Assembly: GCA_943350045.1 (NCBI GenBank)
Contig: CALQZW010000002.1
Location: 1 to 36,744, forward strand
Reading direction: 5' to 3'
Source of the DNA: Candidatus Nomurabacteria bacterium
GTDB taxonomy: Bacteria > Patescibacteriota > Minisyncoccia > Phycocordibacterales > UBA9973
DNA length: 36,744 nt
This document shows, piece after piece, positions 9,359 to 19,099 of this stretch (positions are counted from its first letter, which is position 1; each line of letters begins with the position of its first letter). The translations under genes were made by a program, and so were the position numbers. The notes beneath the pieces were generated by a model. It saw nothing but the letters and a program-made list of their open reading frames with translations, was not told the DNA's origin and searched no databases.

Positions 9359-9841
9359 TTACAGTGATTTCACTTTCAAACTTGAACGGCGGTTTTTGTC
9401 TATCTTCGGCAAGCGGATAGTGAGGAGTCCGTGGCGTTCAATTGCTTCTGCGTCTTCTGGTTCGATTTCTTGTGGAAGGGAAATGGTGCGAGAGAATGAA
9501 CCCCAGTAGAGTTCTCGGCTAAAGAAATCCTGACCTTTTGTTGTGTGACTTTCTTCGCGTCGTCCACGAATAGTGAGCATGTCGCGCGAGATATTGATCT
9601 CCAAATCTTCAGGTTTTACTCCGGCTACGAACGTGTGGATTATAATTTCTGCAGGTGTTTGGTACACGTCGAGGGCGAGCTCGCCTTCGGTCTCAGCTTC
9701 TGGTTGTTCAATTTCTAGGTCGTCTTCGTCATCATTGATTTGCACAAGCGGGCCATGTGTATGTTTTGGACTGTCTTCGTCGGTCATATGAATACCTCCA
9801 GTGAGACGTTCGAAAAAGGAGCGTTTTTTTGCTTTTACCAT
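9359..9841 (-). CDS. Hsp20/alpha-crystallin small heat shock protein
   Basis: LDVYQT, GVKPEDLEI, LTIRGRR, ELYWGSFSRTISLP and GLLTIRLPK motifs. Confidence 0.95.
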   Translation of the reverse strand: MVKAKKRSFFERLTGGIHMTDEDSPKHTHGPLVQINDDEDDLEIEQPEAETEGELALDVYQTPAEIIIHTFVAGVKPEDLEINISRDMLTIRGRREESHTTKGQDFFSRELYWGSFSRTISLPQEIEPEDAEAIERHGLLTIRLPKIDKNRRSSLKVKSL

Positions 9842-9867
9842 ATGCCGAGTATTATATCACGAAAAGA

Positions 9868-10617
9868 CTACTGTCGAGCTGGTTCTGTGGAAGGCGCAAC
9901 AACATATTTACCCATACGGCGAAGACGTTCAAAGAGAAGCATGACGAGAATGGTTACCACCCAGAGGACTCCGAATACTTGAAAGAAATTCTTTCCGCTG
10001 TCTTCTGCGATGAAAATATTGAACATGGTGTGCAGGACAACTGCAACTACGAGACCGATGACTCCGTAGAGGGCACGAACGCTAGAGTTTTTAAAGAACG
10101 CTAGTCCGATTCCGATTCCCACCATTCCACTCGCTACTGCATGCAGGAGGGTTGATCCAAGAAAGCGCATGTTTCCAGTGAGGAGGGCGAGTGTTGTGTT
10201 GTCTGTTGAGATTGGGTGCAAGAGAAAGAGTGTGTTTTCCATAGCTGCGAATCCAAGCGCAGCAGTCATGAAATATATTGGATACTCAACAGGGCGGTCG
10301 AGATGGGGACTGTTGGCCATAATTACTCCAAAGGCCAAGCATTTTATAATCTCCTCACTTGCAGCCCACATGGTGGTAAGAAACACAGTACTCTCAGGAA
10401 GGAGTCCAATGATTTTCTGAATCGGTAGGACGATTATGACGGAGAGCATTCCGGCGATAAACGTAGTGAGGAGTAAAATCATCGGCTGGCGATTTCCACG
10501 AATCTCGCGTAGCCAAAAGAGCAACCATAGTATTGATGGAAGGGCGCCGCCGAGTACGGCGATAAGAAGCATCTGGGGACTTTGAATACTAAATCCGCCT
10601 AGAGTGAGCATGGCCAT
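9868..10617 (-). CDS. PrsW-family intramembrane metalloprotease
   Basis: Multi-TM; EEIIK, LGFAAMEN, LLH and LHTMFN motifs. Confidence 0.9.
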   Translation of the reverse strand: MAMLTLGGFSIQSPQMLLIAVLGGALPSILWLLFWLREIRGNRQPMILLLTTFIAGMLSVIIVLPIQKIIGLLPESTVFLTTMWAASEEIIKCLAFGVIMANSPHLDRPVEYPIYFMTAALGFAAMENTLFLLHPISTDNTTLALLTGNMRFLGSTLLHAVASGMVGIGIGLAFFKNSSVRALYGVIGLVVAVVLHTMFNIFIAEDSGKNFFQVFGVLWVVTILVMLLFERLRRMGKYVVAPSTEPARQ

Positions 10618-12776
10618 TTCTCCACAATGAGCATTCGACCATTTTTACCTTCGGGAATAAGACTCCAAAGTTCTTCGGTAACGAACGGCATAAAGGGATG
10701 AAGGGCGCGCAGGAGTTTCGGAAGAATCTCGATCAAAATACGCTGAGCGGATTCAGAGTTTCTCTTTTCTGCAATTTTTGCCTTACTGCGCTCGATGATG
10801 ACGTCGGCAAATGTGTGCCAGCTGTAGTGATAGAGTTTTTCTGTAACGAGATAGAACTTGTATTCGTTCATTTCTCCAGTGATTTCTTTTAGAAGCGCGT
10901 CGAGTTCGTCGGCAGTCTGCTGGTCTTCTGTGTCGAGGGCTGGAAGATTTTCACGATCTATCTCCTGAGTATTCTCAAGAACGAAGCGGGTAATGTTCCA
11001 GAGCTTGTTTGCAAACTTTGAATACGCCTTTATCTTATCCTCTCCGAGGTTACTGTCGTTTCCTGGTCCAACACCAACAATCATTGCCATGCGAAGCGCG
11101 TCAGTTCCGTGCTTGTCGATGAGTGTAATCGGGTCAACAATGTTTCCAAGAGACTTGGACATTTTGCGTCCTTTCTCGTCGCGAACAAGACCGTGGAAGT
11201 ACACAGTCTTAAACGGGATGTCATTGAGAAGATATGTCGACATGAGAATCATGCGAGCAACCCAAAATGGCAGGATGTCGTATCCAGTTTCGAGGACGGC
11301 AGTTGGATGGTAGGTTTTGAAATCTTCGGTAATTTCCGGCCATCCAAGTGTTGAGAAAGTCCAAAGACCTGAAGAAAACCAGGTATCGAGAGAGTCTTCG
11401 TCTTGAGTCCAACCGTCACCCTCTGGAGCTTCAACTCCGCAGAAAATTTCTTCACCCTTGTACCATACGGGAATACGATGCCCGTACCAGATTTGGCGAG
11501 AGATACACCAGTCACGAAGATTTGTGATCCAGTGCATGTATACGCGTTCAAATTGTTCAGGAACGATCTTTATTTTGCCATCCTTAACAGGCTCAAGCAT
11601 GAGATCTTTCAATGTCTTGCCACTGTGAGAAGCAATTGGCTTATTTACATTGATAAACCACTGAAGTTTTGGAAGTGGTTCGATGATCGCTCCAGTACGC
11701 TCAGCGGTAGAAACATTCTGAGAAACTTCTTCCTCTTTTTCCATGAGACCTTCGTCGCGAAGCCACTGTGCGATTACTTCACGCGCCTCAGTTGTTTTCT
11801 TGCCAAGAAGATTCTCTCCGCCAACCATCATTTTCGCGTACTCGTTTATAACCTGCTTTGTTGGCAAGTTGTGACGCTGAGCTATTTCAGCATCTATCTG
11901 ACTATGAGCCGGAGTAACTCCGAGCGCTCCTGTTCCAAATTCTTTTTCTACGCTCTCATCGGCGACGATTTTAATATGAATCGGTACTCCGCAGAATACT
12001 GCATCATATTCTTTGCCGATATACTGTGCATATCGTTCGTCATCTTTTGCGACTGCTACTGCAGTGTCTCCAACCTTTGTTTCAGGGCGAGTTGTGGAGA
12101 TTGCAATAGGGAAGTCTTTTGAATATTTAAATGTGTAGAGCTTGGCTTTACGCTCCTCGTATACTATCTCGTCATCTGAAATAACTGTCTGACCTTTTGG
12201 GTCCCAGTTTACAATGCGGTGTCCGCGATAGATGAGTCCTTCGTCGAACATTTTCTTGAACGCAGTGCGTACTGCAAAAGAGCGCTTCTCGTCGAGTGTA
12301 AATGCTTCGCGTGACCAATCCAAAGATGCGCCCATGCGGCGTGCCTGTCCGACAATCGTGTCATGAGAATCTTGAGCAAATTTTTCTACTCGCTTGAGAA
12401 ACTCTTCACGACCGAGGTCTGTCTTTCGTTTACCTTCTTCTTTTTCAATTATCTTCTCAACTTTACTCTGAGTTGCGATTGCGGCGTGGTCGGTTCCAGG
12501 GAGCCAGAGTGTGCGCTTGCCTTGCATGCGAGCATAGCGAGTCATGATATCTTCGATGACAAGCATGAGAGCGTGGCCGGTGTGGAGAGTTCCGGTTACA
12601 TTCGGAGGAGGCAGAACTATTGAGAACGGTTCGGCATCAGGCGCCGTATATCCTTTCTCGATACAGACGTCTGGATTAAAAACCCCACTTTCTTCCCATG
12701 TGGAATAGAGGCGATTTTCGGTTTCTTGCGGGTTGTAGGGTTTGAGGAGTTTCTCAGGAGTGTTTTTAATATCCAT
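10599..12776 (-). CDS. valS: Valine--tRNA ligase (short form, no C-terminal coiled coil)
   Basis: PPPNVTGTLHTGH, GTDHA, TTRPET, DWCISRQIWYGHRIP, LDTWFSS and KMSKS motifs. Confidence 0.97.
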   Translation of the reverse strand: MDIKNTPEKLLKPYNPQETENRLYSTWEESGVFNPDVCIEKGYTAPDAEPFSIVLPPPNVTGTLHTGHALMLVIEDIMTRYARMQGKRTLWLPGTDHAAIATQSKVEKIIEKEEGKRKTDLGREEFLKRVEKFAQDSHDTIVGQARRMGASLDWSREAFTLDEKRSFAVRTAFKKMFDEGLIYRGHRIVNWDPKGQTVISDDEIVYEERKAKLYTFKYSKDFPIAISTTRPETKVGDTAVAVAKDDERYAQYIGKEYDAVFCGVPIHIKIVADESVEKEFGTGALGVTPAHSQIDAEIAQRHNLPTKQVINEYAKMMVGGENLLGKKTTEAREVIAQWLRDEGLMEKEEEVSQNVSTAERTGAIIEPLPKLQWFINVNKPIASHSGKTLKDLMLEPVKDGKIKIVPEQFERVYMHWITNLRDWCISRQIWYGHRIPVWYKGEEIFCGVEAPEGDGWTQDEDSLDTWFSSGLWTFSTLGWPEITEDFKTYHPTAVLETGYDILPFWVARMILMSTYLLNDIPFKTVYFHGLVRDEKGRKMSKSLGNIVDPITLIDKHGTDALRMAMIVGVGPGNDSNLGEDKIKAYSKFANKLWNITRFVLENTQEIDRENLPALDTEDQQTADELDALLKEITGEMNEYKFYLVTEKLYHYSWHTFADVIIERSKAKIAEKRNSESAQRILIEILPKLLRALHPFMPFVTEELWSLIPEGKNGRMLIVEKWPCSL

Positions 12777-12847
12777 GCTTGTACAATACCATTTTTTTTA
12801 CCTTTTGCGAATGGAATGTTTGCCATGCTCTCTGGTATACTTTTTAC

Positions 12848-14005
12848 ATGAAATATTTTAGTCTTTTGTTTCTAACTCTCGTCCTGCTCTCGTCTCCGTC
12901 TCCTGTCTTTGCTGGTCTTGTGTCTTCTGAAGCACTTGCACAGAAATATTCTGCAACCGATACCGGTGGACAGAAAATTAGAGTTTTGCTCGTGCCTGGA
13001 CACGACAACGAAACATGGGGAACTGAGTTTCGCGGAATGAAAGAAGTAGAATTGAACCGAGTGGTGGCAAACAATCTCTATTCCTATTTTTCTAAAGACC
13101 CTGCGTTTGAAGTTTTTATTACCCAAAAAGATGGAGAATACGCAGAACCGTTTGCAACATATCTCACAAGCCAGAAGGAAGCGATTCGGCAGTTTCGAGA
13201 TTCTCATAAGGCGGTTCAACAAGCTCGGCGAGAAAAAGGCGAGGTAGTAGGCGTCTCCGGAGTGAATCACAACTACGCAAGTGAAGAAGTTTCAATCAAA
13301 TTGCATGGAATAAACAAATGGGCGAACGAAAATGATATCGATATTGCTATCCATATTCATTTCAATGACCACGCAGGCAGAGTATGGAATAAGAAAGGGG
13401 AGCATTCTGGTTTTTCAATCTATGTCCCTGAGCCACAACTAAAAAATTCAGCAGTAAGTAAAGACATTGCACGAAAGGTTTCCGAATCTTTAGCTCCTTT
13501 TAGTGCTTTCTCAAGTCTGCCGGGAGAGGGTGGTGGAGTAATAGACGAGCAGGACCTTATTGCTATCGGTCCTTTTAACACGCTCGACTCGGCAACGATG
13601 CTCATTGAGTATGCGTACATTTACGAATCCCAACTTGCGAACCATGCCCTCCGCGAGCGAGTGTTAGAGGAATATGCGTTCCGTACGTATGCTGGAGTGA
13701 AAGATTTTTTTGGTAGTACTCTAGTAAAGAATACCTCGTCGCAGTTGCCACGGTATCGATTTACAAAAAATCTCAAAAATGGAATGGTTGGATCTGCTGA
13801 TGTTTTGATGCTTCAGAGTGCTTTAGTAAGAGCTGGAGTATATCCAGTTGCAGGAAAAGATTTACACGAGTGTCCCGTCTCGGGTACTTTTGGTGCTTGT
13901 ACCGTGGCTTCAGTCCGAGCGTTTCAAAAACAGAAAAAGCTCCCAGTGACAGGATTTGTGGGCGCTGGGACACGAAAGGCGCTAAACACTCTGAATCTTT
14001 ACTAG
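12848..14005 (+). CDS. N-acetylmuramoyl-L-alanine amidase (Amidase_3) with C-terminal peptidoglycan-binding domain
   Basis: Signal peptide; PGH...E, IHIHFN and LIE zinc/catalytic residues; DVLMLQSAL...GTFG..TVASVRAFQ...TGFVG PG-binding motif; ATG 12848. Confidence 0.88.
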   Translation: MKYFSLLFLTLVLLSSPSPVFAGLVSSEALAQKYSATDTGGQKIRVLLVPGHDNETWGTEFRGMKEVELNRVVANNLYSYFSKDPAFEVFITQKDGEYAEPFATYLTSQKEAIRQFRDSHKAVQQARREKGEVVGVSGVNHNYASEEVSIKLHGINKWANENDIDIAIHIHFNDHAGRVWNKKGEHSGFSIYVPEPQLKNSAVSKDIARKVSESLAPFSAFSSLPGEGGGVIDEQDLIAIGPFNTLDSATMLIEYAYIYESQLANHALRERVLEEYAFRTYAGVKDFFGSTLVKNTSSQLPRYRFTKNLKNGMVGSADVLMLQSALVRAGVYPVAGKDLHECPVSGTFGACTVASVRAFQKQKKLPVTGFVGAGTRKALNTLNLY

Positions 14006-14051
14006 ATATATCACATATGATATATTGTTTTCAAACCTAAAAAACAGTTCA

Positions 14052-14579
14052 ATGAAAGAAAACTTAATAACTCAAACAAAAGCTTGTACCATCCCAGATG
14101 GAGTGCAGGTAATCATCAAAGCAGGGAAGCATCACAATCCGCTTTTGCAAGAGTATCTTATCATTCAAGATGCGAATGATAGACAAAGCGGTACTGGAAT
14201 AAAAAAGTATGGAATCCCAGGAGGAGCAATTTTTGTAAAAGAGAGGATTCCTGATGCCGCCGATCGTGAGGTTCGAGAAGAAGTAGGTATGTATGTAGAA
14301 TCGATATTTTTCGGTTCTTTTACTAAGCAAAGAGGAGAGGGTGTGTACAATACAAATCACCTTTTTATTGCTAACTGTAGCAAGCCACCTCTTGTTATTG
14401 AAACTCAGGATAAAAAAGAGGTTTCCTGTGTGCGCACGTTTAATCTGCTAGAGATCGTTGATCTATATCAGAAAGGAAGATTCCACGTAGGTAGCATTAG
14501 ACTTATTTTTCATTTTCTTAATGGAACAGAAGAGGGAAATCTCGACGAGCCTGTTAAATACTTAGGATGGACATTTTAG
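14052..14579 (+). CDS. NUDIX hydrolase
   Basis: Complete Nudix box GAIFVKERIPDAADREVREEVGM (GX5EX7REUXEEXGU). Confidence 0.88.
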   Translation: MKENLITQTKACTIPDGVQVIIKAGKHHNPLLQEYLIIQDANDRQSGTGIKKYGIPGGAIFVKERIPDAADREVREEVGMYVESIFFGSFTKQRGEGVYNTNHLFIANCSKPPLVIETQDKKEVSCVRTFNLLEIVDLYQKGRFHVGSIRLIFHFLNGTEEGNLDEPVKYLGWTF

Positions 14580-14583
14580 TAAC

Positions 14584-14615
14584 ACACCTGATTCTAGTAT
14601 TATAGAATCAGGTGT
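14584..14615. terminator. 13-bp hairpin, probable terminator
   Basis: ACACCTGATTCTA-gtatta-TAGAATCAGGTGT. Confidence 0.6.
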
Positions 14616-14626
14616 AATTTTTATAT

Positions 14627-15331
14627 ATGAAAGCAGTTATTTTATGCGCCGGAGAAGGTACGCGCCTTCGTCCGTTGACTGACACAATTCCAAAAACACT
14701 TATTCCTGTTGCAGGTACTCCGATACTCGCGCGGATTTTTTCTACACTTCCTGAGGAGATTTCTGAAGCGGTTTTGGTTATTCAAGAAAAACAAACTGAG
14801 GCGATACAAAATTTTCTCGACACTCTAAAATTAGCTATTCCTGTCTCTATAGCATATCAAGACATGAATGCGAAAGGTACATATCATGCGCTTTTGTCTG
14901 CGAAGCACTACACAGAAAATGCGGATGCTTTTTTAGTACTCAACGGAGATGATATCTTTGTTCAGTCTGAGCTCGCATCTCTTGTCTCTCTTTCAGCTCC
15001 CGCGTACGGACTTGCGAAAAAAGTACTGAACGATATTCGGTATCGCACGTGCGATGTTGATGAGTCACAACAGAAAATTACTTCATTCCGTTTAATACGA
15101 GAAGATGAGAAAGATACTCCGGTCTATTGTTTTACTGGCGCCTGCGTTCTTACGAAGGACTTCTTTACATACGCACCAGAGACTATTTCTTCTGGTGAAG
15201 CAGGAATACCGCATACACTTTTTGCGCACAGTGCCTCTGTTTCATTTACGCGCTTTACAGAGTGGTTGCAGATAAACACTCACGAAGATTTGCGGATTGC
15301 TACCGAAGCTTCATATTCCCTTGAGCAATAA
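14627..15331 (+). CDS. Sugar-phosphate nucleotidyltransferase (NTP_transferase family)
   Basis: KAVILCAGEGTRLRPLT..PK, GT..A and LVLNGD motifs. Confidence 0.9.
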   Translation: MKAVILCAGEGTRLRPLTDTIPKTLIPVAGTPILARIFSTLPEEISEAVLVIQEKQTEAIQNFLDTLKLAIPVSIAYQDMNAKGTYHALLSAKHYTENADAFLVLNGDDIFVQSELASLVSLSAPAYGLAKKVLNDIRYRTCDVDESQQKITSFRLIREDEKDTPVYCFTGACVLTKDFFTYAPETISSGEAGIPHTLFAHSASVSFTRFTEWLQINTHEDLRIATEASYSLEQ

Positions 15332-16460
15332 ACTTGTCTGATGTTAGCGGAGCTGGTTTTTCAAAATATCCTGCAAGTGCAATCATCGCTGCGTTATCAG
15401 TCGCAAGAGTTTTTGTTGGGAAAATAACAGGAATGCCAAGGAGGGAGGCTTCATGCGTGAGGCGAGTGCGAAGCTCTTTGTTCGCAGCAACGCCTCCGCC
15501 AACGAGAATACTTTTTGCCTTATATTTCTTAACCGCCTTGAGTGTTTTATGCACGAGTACATCTACGGCCGAGTCTTCAAACTCACGGGCAATAGCCATT
15601 TTTTGATTTTCTGAAAGTACTCCAAGGTCACGGATGAGATAGAGGATTGCGGTTTTGAGTCCAGAGAAAGAAAAATCAAAGTCCGGAGTGTGAAGCATTG
15701 GGCGAGGAAGGGGTGCAATAGATTCAGAGTTTTGTGCGCGTGCCATATCTGCGAGGCGAGAAATGTGCGGTCCGCCTGGGTATGGCAATTCGAGCATGCG
15801 TGCCACTTTATCAAACGCCTCTCCAACTGCGTCATCTCGTGTCTGTCCGAGGAGTTCGTATTTTCCGATACCTTTTACTCCAACTATTTCAGTATGACCG
15901 CCAGAAACGAGCAGGGAAATAGAGGGAAGTCTTTGAGTGATTTCCTTTGCGGAAAATGTTCCACTTCCGTCGGGTACTACCACGGAGAGAATATGTCCTT
16001 CCATGTGGTTAGCAGGAACAAGAGGAATGTTCCAGATATATGAAAGTGCTTTTGCAAAACTAATTCCAACCCAGAGCGCCGGAGTGAGTCCTGGCCCAAC
16101 AGTGACTGCAATGCGGTCGATATTTGGTTTCTGGATTTTCGGCATCTCGCGAAGAATATATTCGAGTACTTCAGGTTCACGCGCTAAAATGGTTGCGAGT
16201 TGTTCCGTGCGAATGGCACTTCCTGCACTTTCTTTGTACAGACCTGCTTCCTTGAGGGCGACTACGAACAGCGGAAAGATTGCACGAGAGTGCTCACGCT
16301 TTGCCATTGCAGGAAATACGCCTCCATACTGTGCATGGAGTTCGGCCTGAGAAGCTATTTGATGTGCTTTTATAGAGAATGTTTTTTTGAAAACACCCTG
16401 CACGGAAAGCACTGCAATGGCTGTCTCGTCACATGAAGTTTCAATCGCAAGAATATTCAT
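15300..16460 (-). CDS. tsaD: tRNA N6-adenosine threonylcarbamoyltransferase
   Basis: IETSCDET, GPGL, NHMEGH, LLVSGGHT, DDAVGEAFDKVAR, FSFSGLKT and TDNAAMI motifs. Confidence 0.98.
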   Translation of the reverse strand: MNILAIETSCDETAIAVLSVQGVFKKTFSIKAHQIASQAELHAQYGGVFPAMAKREHSRAIFPLFVVALKEAGLYKESAGSAIRTEQLATILAREPEVLEYILREMPKIQKPNIDRIAVTVGPGLTPALWVGISFAKALSYIWNIPLVPANHMEGHILSVVVPDGSGTFSAKEITQRLPSISLLVSGGHTEIVGVKGIGKYELLGQTRDDAVGEAFDKVARMLELPYPGGPHISRLADMARAQNSESIAPLPRPMLHTPDFDFSFSGLKTAILYLIRDLGVLSENQKMAIAREFEDSAVDVLVHKTLKAVKKYKAKSILVGGGVAANKELRTRLTHEASLLGIPVIFPTKTLATDNAAMIALAGYFEKPAPLTSDKFIAQGNMKLR

Positions 16461-16465
16461 ACGTC

Positions 16466-17986
16466 TTACATTCCTTTTATAATACGAATTTTAGCACCAA
16501 TTTCGTTGAGACGCTCGGCGATTTCTTCATATCCGCGAGTGATTGAATATACGTTGCGAAGCATGGATGTACCTTCGGCAGAGAGCATTGCAATGAGGAT
16601 GACTGCAGATGGGCGAAGTGCTGGTGGACACACAATCTGCGCTCCGCGAAGTTTCGATGGTCCTTCGATGAATGCACGGTGTGGATCTACGAGGCGAACA
16701 TTTGCTCCGAGTTTGTTGAGTTCAGTGAAATATATGGCGCGGTTTTCCCAGCTCCAGTCGTGAATGAGTGTCGTTCCTTTTGCCATCGTTGCGAGCGCTG
16801 CGAAAAATGGCAGGTTGTCGTTTTGTAGTCCTGGGAACGGAAGCGCGTGAAGTTTGTCGTTCGGTGCAACAAGTGTTGAAGGTTTTACCGTAATATCCAC
16901 GAGGCGAGTACGTCCGTTTTCAGAAAAATATTCCTTACTCACAGAGAGTTTTGCTCCCATGTGAAGAAGTTTTTCTACTTCGAGTTCGAGGAATTCGATA
17001 GGGCAGTGAGTGACGGTAAGTGTTGATTTTGTAATAAGGCCGGCAGAGAGAAAGAACATGGATTCGATAGGGTCTTCACTGTTCGTGTGTTCGACAGTCG
17101 TATCAATATGTCCTTTTCCGTGCACGGTGAGCGTTGTTGTTCCTATTCCTTCAATTTTTACACCCATTTTCTCAAGCAAGAAACACACATCTTGCACTTG
17201 GTAGTTTGGTGGGGCAAAACGGATCTGGCTGACTCCTTCGATTCCCGCCGCTGCGATTATCATATTGATAGCGCCTGTGTCGGAAGATTCATATAAAGGG
17301 AATGAAGCCGGCTTGAGTTTTCCGTGGCGGATATCGTAGGCCTGATCGAGTGTTGTGATCTTTACTCCGAACTTCTCAAGTCCGTATTTATGAGCGGCAA
17401 TAGTACGCTCTCCCATTTTACATCCTCCAGAATGCGGAAAGAAAAACGCATCGCTCCAGTGAATGAGGGCTCCAACGAAAGTAAATGAGCGGGTCTTTCT
17501 CGCAGACTCTAGATTCATTTTTGTGAAATCAAGCTTTTTGGGAGGTGTGATTTCAAGCGTGCTCTCGTCAAGCCAGCGAACTGCAACTCCAAGAGACTCC
17601 ATTATTTCTACGTAGCGATATACCTCTTCGATACGCGGAATACCGTGGAGAATAGTTTTTCCGTGGTTTACGAGCGAGGCGCAGAGCATGTTGATAGCTC
17701 CATTTTTTGAATAGTTTGTTGCAATTGAACCAGAGAGTTTTCGTCCACCTTCAATTTCAAAGTCGATGCTCTTTGAGAGGGAGAGAATCTGGCGACCAAG
17801 GATATCGCTAATTTTCGCAAGTTGAGTAACGGTAAGGTTTTGTTCGCCAGCTTCCATGCGGGCTACTGCACTCTGAGAAGTACTCAGTGCCTTTGCAAAC
17901 TCTGCCTGAGTCAGTCCGCGTTCTTCGCGTAAGTTTTTTATAAACGTTCCGATTTTTTCCTGGTCTTTGGAATGCTTTATGTTCAT
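16466..17986 (-). CDS. murA: XRE-type HTH fused to UDP-N-acetylglucosamine 1-carboxyvinyltransferase
   Basis: N-terminal LREERGLTQAEFAKALSTSQSAVARMEAGEQNLT; then SKN, GGC..G.R, PFPG, ENR, LR and RGYE MurA motifs. Confidence 0.93.
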   Translation of the reverse strand: MNIKHSKDQEKIGTFIKNLREERGLTQAEFAKALSTSQSAVARMEAGEQNLTVTQLAKISDILGRQILSLSKSIDFEIEGGRKLSGSIATNYSKNGAINMLCASLVNHGKTILHGIPRIEEVYRYVEIMESLGVAVRWLDESTLEITPPKKLDFTKMNLESARKTRSFTFVGALIHWSDAFFFPHSGGCKMGERTIAAHKYGLEKFGVKITTLDQAYDIRHGKLKPASFPLYESSDTGAINMIIAAAGIEGVSQIRFAPPNYQVQDVCFLLEKMGVKIEGIGTTTLTVHGKGHIDTTVEHTNSEDPIESMFFLSAGLITKSTLTVTHCPIEFLELEVEKLLHMGAKLSVSKEYFSENGRTRLVDITVKPSTLVAPNDKLHALPFPGLQNDNLPFFAALATMAKGTTLIHDWSWENRAIYFTELNKLGANVRLVDPHRAFIEGPSKLRGAQIVCPPALRPSAVILIAMLSAEGTSMLRNVYSITRGYEEIAERLNEIGAKIRIIKGM

Positions 17987-18024
17987 ATTGTCTAGTATAT
18001 CATATATGATATACTAGACAATAT
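17985..18024. promoter_or_regulatory. Perfect 40-bp palindrome: back-to-back extended -10 promoters / putative operator
   Basis: ATATTGTCTAGTATATCATA|TATGATATACTAGACAATAT; TGATATACT faces both murA and murB. Confidence 0.85.
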
Positions 18025-19059
18025 ATGGCACTACGCATTGAACACTCAGTTCCGCTCTCAACGCTCTCTACGTTTCGTATGGGAGGCGTTGCAAAAGAAG
18101 TTGTAACTATTTTTTCCGAAGATGACCTTGTGACACTTTTTGGATTATTAAAAACCGACAGAAAATGGTTTGTGCTAGGCGGTGGCTCGAATGTTATTTT
18201 CCCTGACGTTGATTGCGATGCGTTGATTATCCGCGTTGGTATTGAAGCAATCACTGTCGACGAGTCTGATACTGGTACGGTTGTGACTGCTGGAGCAGGT
18301 GCTTCGTGGGATGCGCTTGTTGCGTTTACTGTAACCGCCGGTCTCTCTGGACTCGAAGCTCTCTCGGCAATTCCGGGGTCTGTTGGAGCGACTCCAATAC
18401 AAAACGTTGGTGCGTATGGATGTGAGGTGAAAGATACGATAGTGTCCGTTCGTGCTTTCGATACAGTGCAGAAAGAGTTTGTGGAGTTTTCAAATACAGA
18501 ATGTCAGTTTGCATACCGAGACAGCGTGTTTAAACACGTCGCAAATCGATATATCATCACGGCAGTATCGTACAAGCTCACGAAAGAGAAACCAAAATCA
18601 CCACAGTATCCAGGCGTCTCTGAATATTTTGAGAAACGTGGAATCGCCGAACCAGATCTCTACGATATTCGCTCTGCGATTATCGCAATTCGTGGAACGA
18701 AACTTCCAGACCCTGCGCATATTGCTTCTGTCGGTTCTTTTTTTAAGAATCCGATTATTGAAAAGTCACAGGCAGAACTATTGAAAGAAAAATATCCGAC
18801 GCTCGCAGTATTTCCTGTTTCCGATTCACTTTCGAAGGTAGGAGCCGGTTCTCTTATAGATACTATGGGATGGAAAGGGAAGTCGTTTGGTTCAATTTCT
18901 ATCTATCCTCACAATGCCCTCGTACTTGTGAACGAAGGTGGAGCAACAAAGACCGAACTACAGAAAGTCGTAGATGCGATTACGTTTACTGTGAAAGAAA
19001 AATATGGAATTGAGCTTTCAGTGGAGCCTGAGTTTGTGAGTGAAGAGCTTTTGACATAA
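18025..19059 (+). CDS. murB: UDP-N-acetylmuramate dehydrogenase
   Basis: LGGGSNV, GLEALSAIPGSVGATPIQNVGAYG, FAYRDSVFK, GSFFKNP, ALVLVN and L.VEP motifs. Confidence 0.97.
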   Translation: MALRIEHSVPLSTLSTFRMGGVAKEVVTIFSEDDLVTLFGLLKTDRKWFVLGGGSNVIFPDVDCDALIIRVGIEAITVDESDTGTVVTAGAGASWDALVAFTVTAGLSGLEALSAIPGSVGATPIQNVGAYGCEVKDTIVSVRAFDTVQKEFVEFSNTECQFAYRDSVFKHVANRYIITAVSYKLTKEKPKSPQYPGVSEYFEKRGIAEPDLYDIRSAIIAIRGTKLPDPAHIASVGSFFKNPIIEKSQAELLKEKYPTLAVFPVSDSLSKVGAGSLIDTMGWKGKSFGSISIYPHNALVLVNEGGATKTELQKVVDAITFTVKEKYGIELSVEPEFVSEELLT

Positions 19060-19079
19060 TATACTAAATATAGTATAAT
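19051..19079 (+). promoter_or_regulatory. Consensus sigma70 promoter overlapping the murB stop codon
   Basis: TTGACA-17 bp-TATAAT exact consensus. Confidence 0.85.
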
Positions 19080-19099
19080 ATTTCAAAACACATATACAA

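Noticed and set aside
15300..15331. 32-bp convergent overlap of the nucleotidyltransferase and tsaD
   Set aside because: Ordinary for compact genomes; both proteins appear complete
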